A stretch of 64,000 nucleotides of DNA from NCBI RefSeq assembly GCF_963921235.1, contig NC_086108.1, positions 18,972,001 through 19,036,000 on the forward strand. Reading direction: 5' to 3'. Source of the stretch: Mobula hypostoma. Lineage: Eukaryota. Below, piece after piece: positions 37,900-49,030 of the stretch (within the stretch, counting starts at the first letter, position 1; every line of letters starts with the position of its first letter). The position numbers were made by a program, and so were the translations under genes. Under the pieces are notes generated by a model that searched no databases, was not told the origin of the DNA, and worked only from the letters and a program-made list of their open reading frames with translations.

Positions 37900-40800
37900 T
37901 CTCTCTACTCTAAAACAATCTGAACAAAAAAAAAACTTACCAGAACCTACCCTGGCCTTTGCCTGTTCTCGCCAAAGCCTGTTAGAGCCAAAGCTGTCCC
38001 ACTCTGACACAGTCCACTCCGATGATGGCCGCTACAACGATGGCCACTGTATGTGGCGGTCTGCCTTTAAACCTTGGCGCGCTACGTCACGCAGTGCAGA
38101 CCCTTCTCCCCGAGCAGTGTTTAAAAAAAAAATGACTTTTTCTACCCGAGTTCTTCACTCCCTTCTCAGCTGCTTGCTTCATCTGAAACAAGAACCGTTG
38201 AAAATATTCTCTTTTTAAACCTTGGCGCTACATCACGCGCCTGCTCTAATTGCTTTACTCTTATGAAGCCCAGCTCTAGTGCCATATTTAAGTTTGCTGA
38301 GGATGCCACAGTTAATGGCCAAATCAAAAGTGGTGATGAATCAGCATACAGGAAGGAGAATGAAAACCTGGCTGAGTGTGGTGCTACAACAACAATCTCT
38401 CACTCAGTATCAGCAAGACCAAGGAGCTGATTATTGACTTCAGGAGGAGGAAACTGGAGGTTCAAGAGCCAGTCCTCATCAACAGATCAGGGTGGAGAAT
38501 GTCAGCAACTTTAAATTCCTCCGTATTATCATTTCGGAGGACCTGTCCTGCGCCCAGCACACAAGTGGAATTATGAAAAAAAAGCATGTCAGTACCTCTA
38601 TTTCCTTAGATGTTTTTCAAAGATTCAACAGGACACCTAATATTTGACAAACTACTATAGATGTGTGATGTAGAGTATATTGTCTGGTTGCACACAGCCT
38701 GATATGGAAACATCTATGTCCTTGAATGGGAAATCCTACAAAATGTAGTGGATATGGCCCAGACCATCATGGGTAAAGCCCTCACCACCATTAAGCATAT
38801 TTGCACGGAACGCTGTTGCAAGGAAGCAGCATCCATTATCAGGAACCTCCTCCACCCAGATCATTCTCTCTTCTCGCTGCTGCCATCAGGAAGAAGGTAC
38901 AGGAGCCTCAGGACTCACACCACCAGGTTCAGGAACAGTTATTACACCTCAGCCATCAGGTTCTTAAACCAGTGGGGATAACTTCACCTAACTTGACTTG
39001 CCTCACTACTGAACTGTTCCCACAACCTATTGACTCACTTTCAAGGACTCTTCATCTGATGTTCTCTATATTTATTGCTTATTTTCTTTTCTGTTTTGTA
39101 TTTACACAGTTTGTTGTTTTTTTTTGTACGTTGGTTGTTTGTCTGCCCTGTTGGATGCAGTCTTACATTGATCCTATTATGATCCTTGGATTTACTGAGT
39201 GTACCCGCTAGAAAACAAATCTCAGGATTGTATATGGTGAAATATATGCACTTTGATAATAAATTTACTTTGAATTTTGGTAGTACAGGAAAGATACTAG
39301 CAGGGATAGAAGAGCAACTGACTGGCAGGAGACAGAGTGGGAATAAAGGGGTCTTTTGTGGTTGGCTGTTGGTGACTAGTGTTGTTCTGCAGGTGTTATA
39401 CTGCTTCTTTTCACATAGTATGTCAGTAATTTGTTTTTGTAGCCAAGTTTGTGGATTATATGAATAGTTGGAAGGGCAGGTAGTGTTGAGGAAGCAGGGA
39501 GTCTGCAAAAGGACTTAGACAGATTAGGAGAATGGGCAAAGAAGTAGCAGATGGATTATAGTGTAGGAAGGTGTATGGCCATGCACTTTGGTAGAAGGAA
39601 TAAATGCATATATTATTTTCTAAAAGGGGACAATATTCAAAAATCAGAGGCACAAAGGGACTAGGAAGTCCTTGTACAGGATTCCCTAAAAGTTAATTTG
39701 CAGGTTGAGTCACTGATAAGGAAGGCAAATGCAATGTTAGCATTCATTTCGAGAGGACTAGAATATAAAAGGAAGGACATGATGCCAAGGCTTCATAAGG
39801 CATCATTCAGTCCACACTATTGTGAGCAGTTTTGGGCCCTTATCCAAAAAAAGATGTGCTAGCATTGGAGAAAGTCCAGAGGAGGTTCATGAGAATGATA
39901 CCCAGAGTGAAAGGGTAGTAGGAGTATTTGATGGCTTTGGGCCTGCACTCTCTAAGAGTTTAGAAGAATGAGGGGGAGATCACATTGAAACCTATCAAAT
40001 ATTGAAAGGCCTGGATAGAGTGGATGTGGAAAGGATGTTTCTTATAGAGGGTGATTCTAGGACCAGAGGGCACAGAATCTGAATAAAGGGACATCCATTT
40101 AGAACAGAGATGAGGAGGAATTTCTTTAGCCAGAAGGTGTGGAATTCATTGCCACAGGTTGCTGTGGAGGCCAGGTCATTGAGTATGTTTATAGCAGAGT
40201 TTGGCAGATTCTTGATTAGTCACGGTGTCAAAGGTTATGGAGAAAAGTCAAGAGAAAGGGGTTGAGAGGGACAGTAAATCAGTCATGATTGATTGGCAGA
40301 GCAGACCCGATGGGTCGAATGACCTAATTCCGCTCCTACGTCTTCTGGTCTTATATAATGTTGTTTGTTGTTTTGCGGCAGCAGTAATACAATGCAAAAC
40401 AGCAACTCTGCACTAGCAGAAATGTCCCAAAACCTATTTCCTCCTGGCCCCGTAAGGATCGCAAACTGCACAGAATAATGGTCTTATTAGTTTGGCCAAG
40501 AGTAACCCTTGTTCCAACTACTTTTGATGCCATTTACCTTGAGGCATGTATCAACACTACAGCATCTCCTACAGCAGTGAGGCTTGTTTCCCTTCTGGGA
40601 CTGATCAATTACAACTTGGTGCAAAGCCTGTTAAATGACTAAGAGCCTCGTTTCAACTCGGCACAGCCCCCACCCAGTTCCATGCTCCCTCTCACAGCTG
40701 TAGGAAGAGCTGCAGAACAACAGCAAGGTTGTCATGGAAATAATGAGGGGGTAGGGGATACAGCATAGGAGATATGACTTCAATGGGAAGGAGCAATGAA

Positions 40801-41487
40801 ATAGGGTGTGCTATCAGCTGCATAGTACACGAGAACATTCCCTCATTTTGTGATTCTTATTTTCCCAAAACTATCTGGCATGGAAGTTCTATTGTACACT
40901 GCCAAGGAACATGATGAAAAATCCCTACTCTATTTCTCACTGCATTGTTTGACATTGCACTAAATTTGTAGAACCATCATACGAGGCACTTAAGACTCTC
41001 AGTTACTTTGGCATCAGGTTGGGTGTAACACATAGTCAAAGTGCAATACAGCACAGAAACAGGCCACTTGGCCCACCAAATCTACACCAATAAGTGGGCA
41101 CCCATCCATATTAATCCCACCTTCCAGCACTTGGCTCATAGCATTCTATACCTAGGCAAATCAAATTTTCACCTAGACAATTTTAACTACTGTCAGTAAC
41201 TCAACTTCAACCAATCTCTCCAGCAGTGTGTTCCAGGTACTTATCACACTCTGTAAGAAAAAGATCTCCTCTAAATCTTTTACCCTTTACCCTAAATCTA
41301 TGGCCACGGTTTTATCTACCTCTGTTATGGAGAAAGGTTTCTGGCAGTCTGCACTATCAATTCTTCACATAATTTTATATATCTTAATCATGTCCCCTCA
41401 TATCCTCTTCTGCTTCAGGGAACAAACTTACCTACAGCAGCCTCTCTTCTTAATTGAAACTCTCCATCCCAGGCAACATCCTGGTGC

Positions 41488-43321
41488 TTGACTAATCTTC
41501 TGGAATTTTTTGAGGATGTAACTATGAAAATGGACAAGGGAGAGCCAGTGGATGTAGTGTACCTGGAATTGCAGAAAGTCTTTGATAAAGTCCCACATAG
41601 GAGATTAGTGGGCAAAATTAGAACACATGGTATTGGGGACAGGGTACTGACATGGATTGAAAATTGGCTGGCTGACAGAAAACAGAGTAGCGATTAACGG
41701 GTCCCTTTCGGAATAGCAGGCAGTGACCAGTGGGGTACCGCAGGGTTCAGTGCTGGGACCGCAGCTGTTTACAATATACATTAATGATTTAGATGAGGGA
41801 ATTAAAAGTAACATTGCAAATTTGCCGATGACACATAGAAACATAGAAAATAGGTGCAGGAGTAGGCCATTCGGCCCTTCAAGCCTGCACCACCATTCAG
41901 TATGATCATGGCTGATCATCCAACTCAGAACCCTGCACCAGCCTTCCCTCCATACCCCCTGATCCCTTTAGCCACAAGGGCCATATCTAACTCCCTCTTA
42001 AATATAGCCAATGAACTGGCCTCAACTGTTTCCTGTGGCAGAGAATTCCACAGATTCACCACTCTCTGTGTGAAGAAGTTTTTCCTCATCTCAGTCCTAA
42101 AAGGCTTCCCCTTTACCCTCAAACTGTGACCTCTCGTTCTGGACTTCCCCAACATCAGGAACAATCTTCCTGCATCTAGCCTGTCTAATCCCTTTAGGAT
42201 TTTATATGTTTCAATCAGATCCCCCCTCAATCTTCTGAATTCCAACGAGTATAAGCCTAGTTCATCCAGTCTTTCATCATATGAAAGTCCTGCCATCCCA
42301 GGAATCAATCTGGTGAACCTTCTTTGTACTCCCTCTATGACAAGGATGTCTTTCCTCAGATTAGGGGACCAACACTGCACACAATACTCCAGGTGTGGTC
42401 TTACCAAGGCCACAAAGCTGGGTGGCAGTGTGAAATGTGAGGAGGATGTTATGAGAATGCAGGGTGACTTGGACAGGCTGGGTGAGTGGGCAGATGTGTG
42501 GCAGATGCAGTTTAATGTGGATAAATGTGAGGTTATCCACTTTGGTGGTAAGAACGGGAAGGCAGATTATTATCTAAGTGGAGTCAAATTAGGAAAAGGG
42601 GAAGCACAACAAGATCTAGGTGTTCTTGTACATCAGTCACTGAAAGCAAGCATGCAAGTACAGCAGGCAGTGAAGAAAGTTCATGGCATGCTGGCCTTCA
42701 TAACAAGGGAAATTGAGTATAAGAGCAAAGACATCGTTCTGCAGCTGTACAGGGCCCTGGTGAGACCACACCTGGAGTACGGTGTGCAGTTTTGATCTCC
42801 AAATTTGAGGAAGGACATTCTTGCTATTGAGGGAGTGCAGCATAGGTTCACAAGGTTAATTCCCAAGATGGTGGGACGGTCATATGTTGAAAGATTGGAG
42901 CAACTGGGCTTGCATCCTCTGGAATTTAGAAGGCTGAGAGGGGATCTTATTGAAACATATAAGATTATTAAGGGATTGGACACACTGGAGGCAGGAAGCA
43001 TGTTCCCGCTGATGGGTGAGTCCAGAACCAGAGGCCACAGTTTAAGAATAAGGGGTAGGCCATTTAGAGCGGAGTTGAGGAAAACCTTGTTCACCCAAAG
43101 AGTGGTGGATATATGGAATGCTCTGCCCCAGAAGACTGTGGAGGCCAAGTCTCTTTCAACAAAGAGATGGATAGAGATCTTAAAGATAGCGGAATCAAAG
43201 GTTGTGGGGATAAGGCAGGAACTGGATACTGATTGTGGATGATCAGCCATGATCACAGTGAATGGCGGTGCTGGCTCGAAGGGCCGAATGGCGTACTCCT
43301 GCACCTATTGTCTATTGTCTA
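41488..43321 (+). mobile_element. CR1 RT 3' half, (CTATTGT)n-tailed, interrupted at KFADDT by an antisense CR1
   Basis: ORFs 41488-41697, 41723-41905, 42411-42795 and 42805-43242. Confidence 0.92.
41835..42410 (-). mobile_element. Young CR1 3' fragment (14246-18297 subfamily) inserted antisense into another CR1
   Basis: ORF 41925-42413 nearly identical to the C-terminus of 59509-60519; GATGACAC|...|CACAAAGCTG restores the host DDTKL, with a short CAC(A) duplication. Confidence 0.93.
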
Positions 43322-43402
43322 TTAAACCTCCAACACTATCTCATCAATCCTATAGTGGGGTGGTCAAAACTGCAGCCAATGTCTCACCAAAGTTTTACAA
43401 AC

Positions 43403-44571
43403 TTTTATTTCAGCAAGGCATTTGATAAGGTACCCCATGCAAGGCTTATTGAGAAAGTAAGGAGGCGTGGGATCCAAGCGAACATTGCTTTGTGGATCCA
43501 GAACTGGCTTGCCCACAGAAGGCAAAGAGTGGTTGTAGATGGTTCATATTCTGCATGAAGGCCGGTGACTAGTGGTGTGCCACAGAGATCTGTTCTGGGA
43601 CACCTTCTCTTTGTGATTTTTATAAATAACCTGGATGAGGAAGTGGAGGGATGGGTTAGTAAATTTGCTGATGACACAAAAGTTGGAAGTGTTGTGGATA
43701 GTGTGGAGGGCTGTCAGAGGTTACAGCGGGACATAGACAGGATGCAAAACTGGGCTGAGAAGTGGCAGATGGAGATCAACCCAGATAAGTGTGAGGTGGT
43801 TCATTTTGGTAGGTCAAATATGATGACAGAATATAGTATTAATGGCAAAACTCTTGACAGCGTGGAGGATCAGAGGGATTTTGGGGTCCGAGTCCATAGG
43901 ACACTCAAAGCTGATACGCAGGTTGACTCTGTGGTTAAGAAGGCATACGGTGCATTGGTCTTCATCAATCATGGGAGTGAGTTTAAGAGCTGAGAGGTAA
44001 TGTTGCAGCTATATAGAACCCTGGTCAGACCCCACTTGGAGTACTATGCTCAGTTCTGGTCACCTCACTACAGGAAGGATGTGGAAACCACAGAAAGGGT
44101 GCAGAGGAGATTTACAAGGATGTTGTCTGGATTGGGGAGCATGCCTTATGAGAATAGGTTGAGTGAACTCGGCCTTTTCTCCTTGGAGCAATGGAGGATG
44201 AGAGGTGACCTGATAGAGGTGTACAAGATAAGAAGAGGCATTAATCGAGTGGATAGTCAGACGCTTTTTCCCAGGGTTGAAATGTCTAGCACGAGAGGGC
44301 ATAGTTTTATAGTGCTTGGAAGCAGGTGCAGAGGAGATGTCAGGAGTAAGTTTTTTATGCAAGAGAGTGGTGAGTGCATGGAATGGGCTGCCAGCAGTGG
44401 CGGTGGAGGCGGATACAATAGGGTCTTTTAAGAGACTCCTGGATAGGAGCTTAGAAAAATAGAGGGCTATGGGTAACCCGAGGTAATTTCTAAGGTAAGG
44501 ACATGTTCAGCACAGCTTTGTGGGCCGAAGGGCCTATATTGTGCTGTAGGATTTCTATGTTTCTATGTTTC
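43403..44571 (+). mobile_element. CR1 RT 3' fragment
   Basis: [30 protein letters not shown]; (TTTCTATG)n tail. Confidence 0.93.
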
Positions 44572-45528
44572 TAAAGTTAGAGCATAACTTCCATCATTAT
44601 GCACAAATACATTCAATGTCCCTACTAATGAAAGTCGGCATCCCATATGCCTTCCCTGACCACGTTATCTACCTGCACTGTCACCTTCAAGGCTCTTTGG
44701 GCTTGTACGTATTTAGTGTTACAGGGGTGAACGGCTCAGGCCATCAAACAAGAGGCCATCACAAGATGGTATGCAAGACTTGAACGGGACCAATCTGGCC
44801 CAGGTGGTAGCCTTGGATATGAATCTTCCTTCAGCAATGTCTCCTTTAAGACTTATATTTGCTGCTTGTTCCTCTCTTCCCCTTTCCCCCCCTTCCCACC
44901 ACTGCCCCCATTTCTTCTTGCAATTGGTATCCTTCACTTCCCCACCACTGCACCCTGCACCATTTGTGACCCTGACTCAACCCACTAACAGAAACTCTGC
45001 TCCCAATTACAAACCCCTAGATCCCCACACTCCTGGAGTTGGCAGCCATTGTAGAAACATAACATTCTTCTTAAAAGCTGAAAGCAGGCTCACTCTCTTT
45101 CCATCTGGAGATTGTAAAGTACCGGAGCTTAGTGGGTTATTCATCCCTGACAAGTACATTGCAGACCTCAAGGACTGATACACCAGGGATCTGAGGACAT
45201 TCAACAAGGTGTGCATGGTTTCTTAAGAACTCCTGGAATATGAAGGGTTTCTGGTACTTTCATGTTGCACAGTACCACAGCTGATGGTTTTGCAGCCCCA
45301 CATCTCCAGCGAAGTGGTTCAATCCGAACCTCCAGTGCATGTTCTAGGATAACCATGTGGTTTTCCTTTTGTCACCTCCAACATTTCAAAGATCTGGAAG
45401 TTGGGTGGTTAATTGGTCACTGTAAAATGTAAACACAAGGAAATCTGCAGATGCTGGAATTTCAAGCAACACACATAAAAGTTGCTGGTGAACGCAACAG
45501 GTCAGGCAGCATCTCTAGGAAGAGGTAT

Positions 45529-45564
45529 AGTCGACGTTTCGGGCTGAGACCTTTCGTCAGGACT
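45529..45564 (-). ncRNA. Minimal type I hammerhead ribozyme (core intact, stem II weakened)
   Basis: Reverse complement AGUC-CUGACGA-A-AGGU(CUCA)GCCC-GAAAC-GUC-GACU. Confidence 0.7.
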
Positions 45565-46726
45565 AACTGAAGGAAGAGCGAGTAAGGGATTTGAAAGTTG
45601 GAGGGGGAGAGGGAGATCCAAAATGATAGGAGAAGATAGGAGGGGAGGGATGGAGCCAAGAGCTGGACAGGTGATAGGCAAAAGGGATAGGAGAGGATCA
45701 TGGGACAGGAGGTCCGGGAAGAAAGACAAGGGGGGGGGGACTCAGAGGATGGGCAAGGGGTATATACAGAGGGACAGAGGGAGAAAAAGGAGAGTGAGAG
45801 AAAGAATGTGTGTATAAAAATAAGTAACAGATGGGGTACGAGGGGGAGGTGGGGCATTAGCGGAAGTTAGAGAAGTTGATGTTCATGCCATCAGGTTGGA
45901 GGCTACCCAGACGGAATATAAGGTGTTGTTCCTCCAACCTGAGTGTGGCTTCACCTTTATAGTAGAGGAGGCCGTGGATAGACATATCAGAATGGGAATG
46001 GGATGTGGAATTAAAATGTGTGGCCACTGGGAGATCCTGCTTTCTCTGGCGGACAGAGAACATCTGCTCTCACTCCATCCTCCTGCCACTCCACTAGGAA
46101 TAGGGTTCCCCTTGTCCTCACCTACCACCCCACCAGCCTTCAGGTCCAACGTATAATTCTCCGTAACTTCCGCCACCTCCAACGGGATCCCACTACTAAG
46201 CACATCTTCCCCCCCCTCCCCCCCCCGCTTTCCGCAGGGATCGCTCCCTTCACAACTCCCTGGTCCATTCGTTTCCCCCGCCCCATCCCTCCCCATCGAT
46301 CTCCCTCCTGGCACTTATCCTTGTATGCAGAACAAGTGCTACACATGCCCTTACACTTCCTCCCTCACTACCATTCAGGGCACCAGACAGTCCTTCCAGG
46401 TGAGGCGATACTTCACCTGTGAGTCGGCTGGGAAGATATACTGCATCCAGTGCTCCCAATGCAGCTTTCTATATATTGGCGAGACCCGAGGCAGACTGGG
46501 AGATCGTTTCGCTGAACACATACACTCTGTCCTTACCCATCCTCTGGGCTTCCCCTGCCCTTGTCTTTCTCCCTAGGCCTTCTGTCCCATGATCCTCTCA
46601 TATCCCTTTTGCCAATCACCTGTCCAGCTCTTGGCTCCATCCCTCCACCTCCTGTCTTCTCCTATCATTTCGAATCTCCTCCTCCCCCTCCCACTTTCAA
46701 ATCTCTTAATAGCTCTTCTTTCACTT

Positions 46727-46762
46727 AGTCCTGACAAAGGGTCACGGCCCGAAACGTCGACT
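46727..46762 (+). ncRNA. Hammerhead ribozyme copy with mutated core (CUGACAA), probably inactive
   Basis: AGUC-CUGACAA-A-GGGU(CACG)GCCC-GAAAC-GUC-GACU. Confidence 0.65.
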
Positions 46763-47554
46763 GTACCTCTTCCTAGAGATGCTGCCTGACCTACTGCGTT
46801 CACCAACAACTTTTATGTGTATCACTGTAAAATGTCCCTAGTTTGGATCAGTGGTAGAATCAGTGGGCAGCTGCTTCTTGGAGAACAGTTCATGCTTCTG
46901 GGTTACAGGAAGATTCTCTGTCACTTCCAGATTCCCAACCTTACCACTTAGTTTTGTTTTTCTGCTTCTGCACACATGCAGTACCACGGAAATGTCTTGA
47001 TGGCTGCGTCCTCTGATCCCCTGACTTGGGACCTCGCTGCCTGCCACACCTGCCTCCAAGCTGGATAAGAATTCACTGCTGCTCAGTGCCCACACCATCC
47101 CACATCAACTCTACCTAGCCTTTAAAGTTATACCCTAACCTCCCCATTCCCTGGCAATCTTCCAGAATGTATATGCCACAATCATTGTTAACTTACATGT
47201 GGACATAAGAAAATGGCAGCCAACACAATGTGCACACCCCTCCATTTTCTACACATCCATGTGCCTATCTAAGAAGTTTTTAAATGCCTCTACCATATTT
47301 GCTTCCACTACCACCCCAGGCAGTACATCCCAGGCACCCACCACTTACTGTATAAAAAAACTTGCCCCACATAATGCCTTTGAGCTTAGCTCCTCACACC
47401 TTATCTGCATACCCTCTAATATTAGACATTTTTATCCCGGGAGAAAGATACCAATTGTTTACTCATCTGTGCCTCCCATCTTATAAACTTCTTCCAGGTC
47501 TCCTCTCAGCCTCTGCTGTTCCGGAAAAACAACCCAAGTTGGTCCTACCTCTCT

Positions 47555-49030
47555 AGACACTAGAATACTACGGCACAGTACAGGCCCTTCGGCCCTCGAT
47601 GTTGTGCCGACCCATATATTTCTTAAAAATGTACTAAATGCACACTACCCCGTAACCCTCTATTTTTCTTTCATCTATGTGCCTGTCCAAGAGGCTCTTA
47701 AGTACTTCTAATGTTTTAGCCTCCACCACCATACCTGGCAAGTCATTCCAGGCTGTCACAACCCTGGGTGTAAAAAAAAACTTACCCCTGATGTCTCCCC
47801 TAAACTTCCCTCCCTTAACTTTGTACATATGCCCTCTGGTGTTTGCTATCCATGCTGTGGGAAACAGGTACTGGCTATCCACTTTATCTATGCCTCTCAT
47901 AATCTTGTAGACCTCTATCAAGTCCCCTCTTATCCTTCTACGCTCCAAAGAGACAAGTCCCAGCTCTGCTAACCTTGCCTCATAAGACTTGTTTTCCAAT
48001 CCAGGCAACATCCTGGTAAATCTCCTCTGCACCCTCTCCATAGCTTCCACATCCTTCGTATAATGAGGTGACCAGAACTGAACACAATACTCGAAGTGTG
48101 GTCTCACTAGAGATTTGTAGAATTGCAACATGACCTCTCTACTCTTGAACTCAATCCTCCTAGCATCCCATAGGCCTTCTTAACTATCCTATCAACCTAT
48201 GCAGCGACCTTGAGGGATGTATGGATTTGAACCCCAAGGTCCCTCTGTTCATCCACACTCTTAAGTAACCAACCATTAACCCTGTACTCAGTCTTCTGGT
48301 TTGTCCTTCCAAAATGCATCACCTCACACTTATCCGGATTGAACTCCATCTGCCACTTTTCTGCCCAAATCTGCATCCCGTCTATATCCTCTTGTAACCT
48401 TCGACAACCTACAGCTCCATCCACAACTCCTCCGATCTTCATGTCATCCGCAAACTTGCTCACCTATCCTTCTGCCCCTTCATCCAGGTCATTTATAAAA
48501 ATCACAAAGAGCAAGGGTCGCAGGATAGATCCTTGCGGCACTCCAGTAGTCACCGACCTCCAGGTAGGATACTTTCCTTGCACTACTACCCTCTGCTTTC
48601 TTGCTTTAAGCCAATGTTTTATCTAAACAGCCAAGGTTCCACTGATCCCATGCCTCATGACTTCCTGGATGAGACTCTAGTGGGGGACCTTGTCAAATGC
48701 CTTGCTAAAATCCATGTAGACCACATCTACCGCCCTACCCTCATCAATTTCTTTTGTTACCTCTTCAAAAAACTCAATTAGGCTCGTGAGGCACGACCTT
48801 CCCTTCACAAAGCCATGTTGACTATCCTTGAGTAGACTGTACTTCTCCAAGTGCTCGTAGATCCTATTCTTAAGAATCCTTTCCAATAGTCCGCAGACCA
48901 CCGACATAAGACTCGCCGGTCTATAGTTCCCAGGATTTTCCCTATTACCTTTTTTAAACAAGGGAACTATATTTGCCATTCTCCAGTCCTCCAGCACCTC
49001 CCCTGCAGCCAAAGAGGATTCAAAGAGCCC
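47555..49030 (-). mobile_element. CR1 RT 3' part nested in an older antisense CR1 (~47200-47554, ~49035-49250)
   Basis: ORFs 48677-49012, 48197-48463 (KFADDMK) and 47634-48131. Confidence 0.92.

Larger units (their letters stand above)
33969..38240 (-). mobile_element. Full-length CR1 LINE (5'UTR, ORF1, ORF2, 3'UTR)
   Basis: CpG-containing 5'UTR 37900-38240; ORF1; ORF2 34622-36925 (767 aa) + 34140-34637; (TTCTATGG)n tail. Confidence 0.96.
33306..39277 (+). mobile_element. Rex1/Babar-type LINE relic split by the full-length CR1 (pieces 33306-33968 and 38241-39277)
   Basis: [19 protein letters not shown] joined across the insertion, KFAEDAT, WCYNNNLSLSISKTKELIIDFRR, LPSGRRYRSL..TTRFRNS; tail AATAAATTTACTTTGAATTT. 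Confidence 0.85.
33238..40355 (+). mobile_element. Old CR1 RT fragment split by a Rex1-type insertion (pieces 33238-33305 and 39278-40355)
   Basis: DFQKFFDKVPHMKQLYKIRAH continues as G(S)TGKILAGIE at 39278; decayed RT and 3'UTR to ~40355. Confidence 0.8.
41040..44710 (-). mobile_element. Old antisense CR1 3' relic split by younger CR1 insertions (pieces ~41040-41487, ~43322-43402, ~44572-44710)
   Basis: Reverse tail AATACAGCACAGAAACAGGCC; CCAGGCAACATCCTGGTG continues as AAACCTC...CAAAACTGCA after the insertion. Confidence 0.6.
45431..46821. mobile_element. Penelope-like element, rearranged, with inverted pLTRs and a split GIY-YIG domain, inserted in a V-SINE-like element
   Basis: 14-bp TSD TCACTGTAAAATGT (45417-45430 and 46822-46835); minus arm encodes PVATHFN...EQHLIFRLGSLQPDGMN, plus arm encodes VPLVLTYHP...IYCIQCSQC..LYIGET. 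Confidence 0.95.
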
